Part shown: one piece after another, positions 37,226 through 47,941 of the stretch
Numbering within the stretch: the stretch's first letter is position 1
How the letters are laid out: each line of letters starts with the position of its first letter
Origin: Oikopleura dioica
Taxonomy: Eukaryota; Animalia; Chordata
Direction: 5' to 3'
Length of the DNA stretch: 64,000 nucleotides
Assembly: GCA_907165135.1 (NCBI GenBank)
Contig: OU015568.1
Coordinates: forward strand, 8,990,001 to 9,054,000
Made by a program: the position numbers and the translations under genes
Notes under the pieces: model-generated
What the model was told of the DNA's origin: nothing
What the model saw: the letters and a program-made list of their open reading frames with translations, nothing else
The model's database searches: none

Positions 37226-40200
37226 ATGGTTCTAGGATGCATTTTCTGGACCATTGTCATCCTCATTGGTAATCTTTTCGGTTCAAAGTCGGTTCAATAG
37301 AAATCTCAGCAAATTATTATTCGATGCTGGCATCTCGTATTCAACCAACTTACTTGACAAATGTCTGCCAAGCAGGCTTCAAAAAATGCCTTCTGAATAC
37401 TGACATGGACTACTGCGCGCATCTTCTTCATGACTGTGTTGGAAGCAAGAACTTTACTCAACCAGTGGAAATCGTCTTACCAGAAAGACCAAAGGAACTT
37501 TCCTTAGAATTTTCTGAAAAAGAAAATGAAATTAACGCGCTGCGATGCAAAAAGCAAAAGTTCTACGATCGTTTCATTTGTCGCCATCTTTGCTCCCAAT
37601 CGCTTGTTTTGCAATCGAAAAGAAATATAGCTTTCAGCCCTTGTGAATTAATATGCTTTGAGCTGACGAGATCTTATGACTTTGCTGGAGAAGTTTGCCC
37701 ATTTGAAAAATATTGCCAAAAAGGATGTCCTTGTCCTTTTTATCAGTGTGAAAAAATTGAGAATGAGCAAAGGCTCACTCCTTTTTGGGACCTGAAAAAG
37801 ACTAAATTCGCTAAAGGAAAGTTGGCTCAGGGTGATTTTCATTAGCTTTTGCGCCTTAATTTCAACTGTAAAAGATCACCATAAGACGGAGGAAGGCATC
37901 GGATTGATCACCAAACGACAAGAAAATCGTGATGGTTTTGTTCAATGGAAGAGGTTCCCGCTTATTTTCTCTACTTTTGAGGCTCTGAACAACTCAACTA
38001 GTACTCACTTAGAACTACAGTGGGTATGGTCAATTTAGCAGCGATCAAATTAGCAGATTTTGCTCAAAATCGAAAAAATTTTAAAAATCGTTATTTTCCC
38101 GGAAAAATTATATTGGCCCATATTTTTCTCGAGTCGGCAACTTGCCACTTACCAACTTGCCAATGACAAGTAAAATGGCAAGTTTGTAATAAAATACTTG
38201 CATTGCCTTGTCTTGCCGAAGGAATTATCCCGGAAAGCTGATGGCAAATTGATGGCAAGTTAATGGCTAGGTCTTTTTCCCTTGATTTTTATGAATAGTT
38301 CATGCTCAAAAATCATTTTCTAACGTAAAACAAGTCGTTTTCACAGAGAATTAGGAACAAGACAGTCGGAGAGTTGTTGAAAAACTACTCAGAGACCCAT
38401 CGGGTCAGACCTGAAACTCACTCATATAATTTATAACTTAACAACAACAATTTGAGGAGTAAACCAAGAAAAAGAAGAATTAAGATAGGACGAGACACCA
38501 AATGAGCGGGTAAAAGAGTACATGACACCAAAGGAATGATTTTGATGGATAGGGTTTTGATAGGCCGGTAGGCCAAATAAAGCAATCTTGTTGGCTCCGA
38601 AAAATCGCTTCCTTTGGTGTACGTTACTATATTACTCACTCATATAGTATGTCGTCTTATCTAAATTGTTCCTTTTCTTTGTTAGTACCCAATTTGATGA
38701 TTTGAAAATTTTGTTCTCGAAAATCGGATTTTTGAGAAAATGGTCAATTTAGCATATTTTGTCGAAATCTGCCAAAAAAACCACCTGCTAATTTGACCAT
38801 ACCCACTGTAGTAATGCAGGACACACTTTTTCCTCATGAATGTTTTTATATCCAACTCTTGACTCAATTAATTTCTTAACAATTAAAAGCAAAACAAAGT
38901 CAACAGGCGCCGCTTTTCTTAATGGAACACATTATTTGGTCGATGCAAAGGGAAATTTGATGAAGATAAATGAAGCCGATGCACCTTCGCTCCTTTCGAC
39001 TTTCATCCCTAATCGACAGTTTAGAAAGTAAACTTTCCTTTTAGACATTTTGAAATATATTTTTGAAGAACAGGATTTTTTGTTTTTCACTTCGGTTCGT
39101 CTATTGGAACGCATCAAATCGAAGTTTTAAGAAAAGAGAAGGACGTGCAGATTTTCCCAGTTGTTGTTATTTGAGAACGGTCTTAGAATCGATTTGACAA
39201 TTTTAGGATTCTTAAATTTCGAGCGTTCTTGACCATAAAACAGCTCACCCACCGGAAGAGTCGACAAATGCTTTTACTACGCGCCGGAATACAACTTGAA
39301 CCGTTTCGAAGAAGGTCATGGTTTCATCGCTAGCAATCATTTTAACTCGAAGGTGTCGTCAATCAGCTTCAACGGAGTTTTCAATCTGATGAGTATCAGG
39401 CTCGGTGACCGATTTATCAAGCTTTCAACGACTGTGGCACTGAATTGGATCAGTAAAAGTGTAGAATTCGAGAAAGGATGGCGAAAAGACGAAATTGCGT
39501 TGCCAGTTGAATTTAAGGATTTAGACCCAGTTCATGTTATCCCCTTGATTGACGTTGGACGACTTATGCTTCTTCTGGTGACTAGAAGCGTAGTCCTTTC
39601 AAATACGTTGTACTCACTGTTACTGGAAGCAAAGGGAAAGTTTATAGTCCTCGGCAGCGAGTGGATCGGCTCCCTCGTAAATTACGAAGAGCAGTCAATT
39701 TGCTTCTCAAAATTATTTTCTCCGGATGATCTTTTACACCGATCAGGATGGAAACATAAACGACGAATGCGAATATTTCAGCAATGGAGTCATCAACAAC
39801 GAAAGGTTTTACATCCAGAACTACGTTTTTGACGCTACCTTCGAAATCGAGTTCAACTTCGATCTCATCGAGCTCGAGTTTGTCCAACAAAAAGCTGCAC
39901 GAAAAATGCTCGTGATGAGCAATCCCTTTTTCGCGTTTCACGACGATGTGCTCCCAGCTTTTGCAAAAAATGCTGCCTCGCAACCTAATTTTCCCCAAAT
40001 ACCAAAAAGAATCTTTGGCAAGCACCCATTTACCATTGTTCCGGACGATTCCTTTTCTTCGCTTGCTCATTTGAGGCATATCTCTACTTTTGAATTAAAA
40101 TTTGATGAATCTGAAATTTGGAGTCTTGAGTTTGAAATGCAGGTATGAAAGAATTTTGCTGAAAAAATACTCTTTTTTTCAGCAAAAAAGAGCCATCAAA

Positions 40201-41500
40201 ATCGGACGGAAAATGATCGAGTGCCAGTTCTTCAATTTAAAATCGTTCTTCACCCTTGGAACTTTCGCAAATGGTTCATTTTTGCTAGAATCTGACTTCT
40301 TCCGTGAAATTCTCATCTTGAAGGGAGACTTTCGTCATGGAAAAAAGCTTAAAATCGAGCTTTTTGAAAAAGATTCCGTATTGACGATTTTCGATGTTTA
40401 CGAAGATGGCGTAAAAATTGCATCGATGAATGTAGTGCCTGAATTTAAAGTCGAAGAAAGAATGAAATTACGGGTTTTCAAGTTCGACCGTGATACAGAA
40501 ATCAAAAGCTTTATTTACTCGTCTGAACTATCGACGAAGATCAATGTTATTCCCGATGGTTTATGGCGAAACTATAAACCTTACACGCTGCTTGCCGATG
40601 GATCGATTAGCACAAATTTGCATTTGAACATTCCCGAAGTCGATGACCGAAGGCATTGGTATCTCAACAACGCAAAAAGCGCTTTGCTCAACGATCAACT
40701 TCACTTCTTCGGAGGCGGTTATAATTCTAGCAAGGTAATCAACAAGTGTTGAAAAAATATTAATGCTGTTTACTGTAGATTGTTCGATTAGACGGATGCG
40801 AGTTCACGGAACTAAATGTCAAACTTAACAGAACTTATTGGTTTGGTCATGCTGCTCTCACCATTGAGGACGGCAGCGAAGGTTTTTTTACAAAAAAGAA
40901 TAGTTTTTATTACCTTTTTTAGCTTTGATTTGCTTCAATAATGACAACGATTTATATTTTGGCATCGGTCAATCTTGTGAGCGATTCGATGGGTTTACTG
41001 CAACATCTACTTTTGGAACAAAAAAAGGACATTTGCACAGTGGATTCGCCCTTTACAACAATAATCCGACTGTGATAGGAGGACACGACGCGAGAGGAAG
41101 AGTTGAGATGATGACAGAAGACGGCTGGAAATCTCTGCCAAAGCATCCAAGGTAGAAAGGAGCTAAATAGACTCGAAAAATATATAACTTCATTAAAGAT
41201 CTATAGAACATGGAACCACTGCACTCGGGCTTCCCTCTGGAGATCTTCTAACAATTGGTGGATTGGATGATAAGCTTGATTGCCGACTTAATGAAATTTG
41301 GCGATTGAGGAAGAAAAAGTGGTCTCTTATCGGCGGCTTCCCAAAAGTCAAATAATTTTATTAGTATTTTTTTTTAATTTTATTGCCTTAGTATATTACT
41401 TATTCGTCACTTTTATTGATGGACTCAACAATTTTCGTTTTCCCTGGGCAGATATTTGGTGATGATCATCCTATTCAACGAATAATTCTAGGCGAGGTTA
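37226..41500 (+). pseudogene. Lineage-specific secreted Cys-rich / kelch-like propeller gene(s), disrupted by a MITE and frame breaks (may be functional if the breaks are assembly errors)
   Basis: Signal-peptide-like start, Cys-rich CPFEKYCQKGCPCPFYQCE, later LHFFGGG, ALICF, CERFDG, PTVIGG, GWKSLPKHP repeats. The frame changes without splice sites near 37295, 38845 and 39690. Confidence 0.5.
38018..38808. mobile_element. Non-autonomous Tc1/mariner-type element (791 bp) inserted in coding sequence
   Basis: TIRs CAGTGGGTATGGTCAATTTAGCAG and CTGCTAATTTGACCATACCCACTG (one mismatch). TA on both sides (38016-17, 38809-10). Internal TGGCAAG/CTTGCCA repeats. Confidence 0.9.
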
Positions 41501-42049
41501 CCTCTAATTATGTTTTGAATTCTCAGATTTATTTAATACCTTGAAAAAGATTCTGAAGAAAATTTTTTGTCAGCTGATATTATTGCAGAGCAGGGTCATC
41601 ATGGATATGGACCGCATGTTTTCGTTACTTCTTTCGATTATTGTACTTAGACTTTCTACTATCTATCAATTAAAATAAATTTCGTAAATTCTTCGTAAAA
41701 TAGTGCCTTGACATTTACTGACACGATGCAAATACTAATTACGGCGTTGCAGTACCAATTTGACCTTAGAAACCAAATCGAGTCGAGCAAAAACGCAGGT
41801 ATATTAATCCAAACAGAGAAAACCAATTGATGCATTTAGAACTTCCTATTTTAATACCCTAATTGAAAGCAAGTGTTTGAGCTTGCCCTAGTGACGCCTC
41901 ATTTGATCAAAGCGAATCGGTCTCAATGGAAACAATGAATATTTGATCAGCAGCTATTCAGACAAAATTTGCCTATTCTCGACGACATTTTAAGACAAAG
42001 CCGAGAGCAAAGCGAGATCCATCAGAAACAGAGAAAATTAAAGATCGAT

Positions 42050-42344
42050 ATGGACGACAATTTTGAAGTTCCGGAAGAGTTGCCTAAAATGCTCAAGGCT
42101 TATGCCAAGGTATTTTGAAAATTCTATTTGCAGAAAATAATTTGCATAGAGACACGTTTTATATCTGTTTGGTCAGCTCATTTTCTATGAGATAATGAGC
42201 TCGTTGATATCAAGGAAGACTAACAGCTATCAAATCTAGGCAGCGATTCGAACTGATCCTGAAGACTTGCTGAAGTGGACCGCTGAATACTTCCGCTGCC
42301 TTTCGGAAAATGAGCCAGTGCCGTACAAGAAGAAAGTCGTCTGA
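42050..42344 (+). CDS. 54-aa ropporin-like RIIa dimerisation/docking-domain microprotein
   Basis: Two exons with one GT-AG intron: MDDNFEVPEELPKMLKAYAK|AAIRTDPEDLLKWTAEYFRCLSENEPVPYKKKVV*. Resembles the ROPN1/ROPN1L N-terminus. Confidence 0.7.
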
Positions 42345-42396
42345 ATAAACCCACCTTTCCTTCTCTTTTTCTAACCAAATAAAGCCTTAAAAAATA

Positions 42397-42412
42397 TCTC
42401 TCTCTCTCTCTC
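42397..42412. repeat. (TC)8 microsatellite
   Basis: tctctctctctctctc, between the convergent 3' ends of the ropporin-like and SLC34 genes. Confidence 0.8.
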
Positions 42413-42531
42413 TTTGGGCAATCTCTGATAATTTATTAAAGCTAAATATACAGAAAGAATTCAAAAACAGCGAGATATATTAATTCCAAACTATAAAAAG
42501 GCAATTGAGACAAATTGTCTCAGACAATCTA

Positions 42532-44903
42532 CTAGATCAGGTGTTCAAAAGTCAGTGGCAAAGTCATCGCCGTGCTCTTCTTTTTTCTCTTCCTCTTTTT
42601 CGGTGTTTCGTTTGCTTGGTTTTTCGCCGGTGGCTTGGTACTCCTCATAGGCCTCATTTTCGACTGCAAGATTTTCGTTTTCATCTAAGTTTAGGTCTTC
42701 TTTTTCCTCATCTTCTTCTTCATCATGTATTTCATTCGGGGTACATCCGCTAAATCAGTTGCTTAGTGATGATTTTCTGACTTTTACTTACTAAGCTTCA
42801 AAAGATCTGCAATAGACCGGTAAGCACTTCCAGTTTTTCCACCATTCTGGTAGGAACTTTGGATGCTTTTGCTGAAGCCAAGTTATAGTTGCGACGAAAA
42901 TGAAGCCACCGGCAATAAGATACATAATCACTATCAAATGAGTGAGATTTGAAAGGAATTAAATCGTCATTTACCGAAAGAAGTGATCCATCCTTTGTCA
43001 CTGTCCAAGGGGAAGAGCGAGATAAGGAATAAAATAAGAGGTAGAGCAATGAATGCAAGAATAGTGTACATAATCGACCACCATCGATATTTACTGGCCA
43101 TTTTTCCTATCCAATTCGACGCTTTTATCACTGGAGCACGAGTAATCGGAATCAAAAAGAACAGGATAAAACCAAAGATATTGAAGAACATATGGGAGAG
43201 TGAGACCTAGAAGGGTTTTAATATTACTTCATGCAATTTGTAAAAACTAGAGTTGAAATTACTGACCGCTAGAGCATCGTGGAAATTGCCACTTGCGTTC
43301 GCAAAGGCAGCGATGAGTCCAGTAATCGTTGTACCGATATTAGCGCCAATGGTGATCGGATAAGCTCGGTCAATGCTCACAACACCGATTGCCACAATCG
43401 GTGTTAAAATGGCGAGAACGATTGAACTAGATTGGACGGCAATGGTCAACACTAAGCCAGCGACAACGTAGAGATATTCTGTAAGCCAGCCGAATGGGTA
43501 TGGAAGGTTTTTGTCAATATTGTCCTTTAGTACTTGCTGAATTGATCCTTCAAGGACCGACTTGAGGCATTTGACAACACCAACGAGCTAAAAATATTTT
43601 AGTTATTTCATACGTTTACTATTCGACTAATTGTTTTGTATAATTAAATTCATAGAATGTACAAATTTTTATGTTCTAAGGGAAACATACCGCGCCATAC
43701 ATGAGGACAAACGCAATGGCAAAGCAAATACCACCGATCGCTTCGTCAGACATGCACGAATTAACAAACATGTGTTTTTCTTTCTCGATGCAGGAATCTG
43801 TGAACTTGACGGAAAAGGTCTCGTCGCTAAGGTAATCGCCGAAAAAACAGCAGTATCTTTCTCCAGGAGTCATATATGTTGATCCATTCACTGGAGGACA
43901 ATTGCTGTCGTCCGGATAAAAACAGGGATCATGCTCTGTTTCATTAATAGCAGTGAGGTTATCTTTGCAATATTGAACGAAGCTGCCATGGTAGTCTTTT
44001 TCTCCAAGGCCAGCCTTGTTAATGACCAAAATATACTGTTGAATCGGCTCTGTAATAACGGCAATAGGATCGAAACCAGTATCGTGGTGCTCACATTCAG
44101 GTAAAGTAGGGTCTTTCTGACACTCTTCAGGTGGGTAAGGTGCGAGAGCTGTAACAAACATCTCCATGAGGTCGAACCAAATTTCTAACGGGAATAGAAC
44201 AAGCACAATAAGATAATCGTAAACTGCTGGAATCGCGGCGCAAGCCATACCGGCTTTGAATTCCCTTGGTGTGGCTACATTTCCGAAAGCGACAAGAGTA
44301 CTAGGAAAAACTCAGTTTTGAGCTTCAACCATAGATCAAATTTTAAATCTTTGGCATTCAATCATCATCGATGTCAAAATATTATCCAACCGACAGTTTA
44401 TGATTGATGCATAAAGAATTATTACCTCGTTATAGAAGTTCCAACGTTTGCTCCATAGATACAGTAAATACCGACTTTAACGGTAAACAATCCTGATCCA
44501 ACAAGTGTGATGAAAATTGAGGTGGCGGTCGAAGACGACTGGCAAAGGACTGTCAAGAGAATTCCCATGCAGAGGCCGCAAAATGGGTCTTCTAGATATG
44601 CTTCCGCATGTTCAATCACTAAAAGACCATCATTTACTCTCTGCCTGGGCATCATACCTTCATTCAAAAATGCACCACCAAGAACTTGAAAAGAATCAGA
44701 CAATAATCCAATCGCGAAAATGAAGACATAGACGAACCAAATAGCCAAGCATATTTTGATCGTGTTTATTAGCCAGGTCATATATTTATGTTCATTTGGA
44801 GGGGGACTCTCGTTTGAAACTGAAGATCGTTTGGAAGAATGTTTCGAAGATTTTTGGATCCCATATGAGAAGGATTCTCAACATCGAGGGTATTTCTTCC
44901 CAT
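42532..44903 (-). CDS. SLC34A2: Sodium-dependent phosphate cotransporter, SLC34 (NaPi-II) family
   Basis: FAIGLLSDSFQVLGG, GILLTVLCQSSSTATSI, GANVGTSIT, TIAVQSSSI, YPITIGANIGTTITGLIAA, KYRWWSIMY. Start and end coordinates are approximate and the paralogue assignment is not certain. Confidence 0.9.
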
Positions 44904-45913
44904 TTAGGGCAACTGAGTGAAGGGCTATCTCTCGAAAATATTTTGGTGGATGTTCAAATTTCGGAATTCTAGTTTCGACTAGATCTCGATATCTTGGTAA
45001 GCTGTCTTTATATAGCCCCTGGTGTTGACCAAGAGATGCTCCCCAAACTTCAGGGCGCTCTTTTGAGGAAGGGCGCTCTCGATAGGACAACTCAGCAGAA
45101 AACAACTGGAAGCTCCTTAGAATTGGTGACCAGTTGACAGTACTGAGCGCCTTTGTGAACAATCACGGGGCCAAAAAGGAGTGACTAAACCTTAGAATAT
45201 CTTGACTCATTAAATTGTACTCAAACGACTGTAAATGACCTACCAACACAGTTGACGCCAGTAACGATGGCTCCATATTGAATAAGGCCTACTTTATCTT
45301 TATCATGAACTTAGACATCGGAATATCACAACGGTAGGTTCAGATGCCTTTTCCTAGAGCCAAAGTGCAAATTCTTAATCTTTCACGAGGATTTATTTTC
45401 CCGGGATCGATATAAATTCAATTGCCGGACAAATAACACCACCGCCTCAATTCCAGCTGCATTCCCGTTACGTTTTTACGACGAGTTATTACTTTCCGAA
45501 GTGGAGACACCACACATGTCAATGAAAATTACTGCAAGTCAATGACTTTTGGAAGGATTAAATCACAAGCAAAAGATCACCAAAAGTCACATAGACCCGC
45601 CTTAGAGATAGGGACAATAAAGATAGATCGACAAGGCATTGATCTTTATTGGCGGCGACATCCGTCCGAATAAAGAGTGTATGAATAATTCTTGAGTTCA
45701 GTTTATTAAACCATTCATTTTTCGTTCGAATCTCGCCCTTTAACGCCCCTAGAAATCAAGTTGAATTCCTAGGGGCGTAAAGAACAGTGATGCATACAGA
45801 TAACAACGTTGAGTGCGAGGAACATTACGGGAAGTGAACTTCGACAATTCAATTTAACCTAATAATGGGGCTAGAGCAGTTGGTTGTTGTTGATTATTGG
45901 ACTTGGATAAAGT

Positions 45914-47815
45914 TTACTGGCTCGTGATGACTTTTTCCATTTCGATGAATTTGTTGATTTTTCGGATGAACTGTTCACCGTATCGAGATCCGACTCGAGT
46001 ATCAGCAATGTGCACCATCTTGTCATCAATGAAAAAGTCGACTTCGGGGTGGAGGAAGTCATCGGCGGTTTCAGACTGCGAAGAGGCGTTCTTGAGCTTG
46101 TACTTGGCCGTCATCAACAGTGATACCAATTCGGGCTCTGAAGACGATTAGGATTCCGAAGATGTATGAAATTAGCTTACCAGTAACGTCGAGGAAACCA
46201 GCGAGCTTGGAAAGAGGCATGGTTGTGTAAAGCTTGAGATATCTTCTAGTGCCAGGAATTTTTGATTGAACTTCGAGCTCGTCTTCCAAGACCTTCCACT
46301 GTCTAACAGTTGGCTCAAGATGAGTATTGGTGAATGGCGGGACGATCGCTGGTGGAGTCGGACTCACGAATTTTGGCGAACAGAAATTGAAAATTTCCTC
46401 AAAGATCTTGACATCACCGTCTTAAAAATGCCTGGTTAAATAGGAACAAAAATTTTATATTTTTGACATAGAATCCCCCATTGGCGCGCCCACTTTTTCA
46501 AAGATCAAGGTCGACAGTCATCTTACCTTGCATTCTGTTGAGTTTGTCAAAGGTGACCTTTTCTTTCATGCTTTGCTCGAGCGATTCGTCGATTCGGCAG
46601 GGGTAGAGTACGATACACATGGCGAGCATGTTGAACATTTTGTCTTGCATCTTGTTAAGCATATCGTTTTTGTACTGAATCTATGATTAAAATCAGTTGA
46701 AAACCGGGCAAAAGCACCTGTGATTCCTTGTTCAAGATCGTTTTTCGTCCTCGCTCAATGTAAAGAAGAACCTCCTGGAGAGCATCAATAGCGTCTTGGT
46801 ACTTTCGGGTCATGATCTTGCACCAGGCTTCGTAATAATAAGTAGTAATGAGGCAATCAGCAGCGTCAGAAGCAGCGGTAGTCTTCATTCGCAGCGAGAC
46901 ATTTTCAATCGCTTTCATGGCCTACAAATCCAGATTAAACAAAGCCTGACTTTTTGGATTAATAAAATTTTACATAGGCCGGAAACGACGCTCTGAATTT
47001 CCCTCAAAGTTCATTCTACCTGGTGATAATCGCCAAGCTGGCACTGAAGTCGAAGGAGCCCAATGAGGGAGAAATAGCCGAGCATTTTGTAAAGCTGCGT
47101 TTGACCAAAAATACCACCGATATCGTGAACCTCATCCATTGATTTCTTCTCGTTGTAGGCGCTCAACTGCTGGTTGATTCGAGAAGTACTGACAAGAGTT
47201 TGAAGAACATTGAGAACGGAGTGAACTCCCCAAACGTTTTCATCAAGAGCGTCCGAGATAGCAGTGATTTCTTCCTGGCTCTTGGACTGGAGTTTGGATC
47301 GGTATTGAGAGTAGTTCTGGAATTGGTAGATGAACTCGTCGATGATGTCCCAGAGCCACTGATTTGGGAGTTCCAATTGCACAGGCTGGTTGTCTTCTGG
47401 ATGGAGGATGTAGTTGAAAATCTCGCAGTAGTTATTGAAAGAATCAGTTCGATCTTGGTGGCTTGGCCCGTTTTGGAGCATGTAAACGTGGCGGAAATAG
47501 AGCTCTGATGATAAGAGTGAGTCAAAGAGTAGCGATCTTGTTGATACCTTTGTAGAGGAGAATGAAGACTTCGTCGGGACCGAGAAGCTCTTCAACTGCT
47601 TTCCAATGTGGCCAAGCTGTGGTCTTGTAGTAGCGCTCGTTGATCTTGTTCCAATCGGTTTCGTAGTTCTAAGATATGTAAAACGATTGTCCCTAAGAAA
47701 TCAATACCTGGAGGATTTCATCAACATTTTGTTGATCAACAGCCTTCTGGAAGCCCCGAAGGTAGCTTCTCACAGAGTCGGGGATGTCAGATGAATCGTA
47801 CTCGAAGCTACCCAT
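45914..47815 (-). CDS. EIF3L: Translation initiation factor eIF3 subunit L
   Basis: LLYKELYFRH, SFNNYCEIFNYIL, LELPNQWLWDIIDEFIYQFQ, LYKMLGYFSLIGLLRLQCQLGDY, YLKLYTTMPLSKLAGFL, EVDFFIDDKMVHIADTRVGSRYGEQFIRKINKF. Confidence 0.97.
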
Positions 47816-47941
47816 GCTAGAAACAGCGAAAATGAGACCACTAATGATACGCAAAATATTATCCGTTAATTGGAGTTCAAAAAGTGATGTATGAACAAGA
47901 GGAGTGACAATTTGAAATTTCAATTTTGAAGCAGTAAAGTG

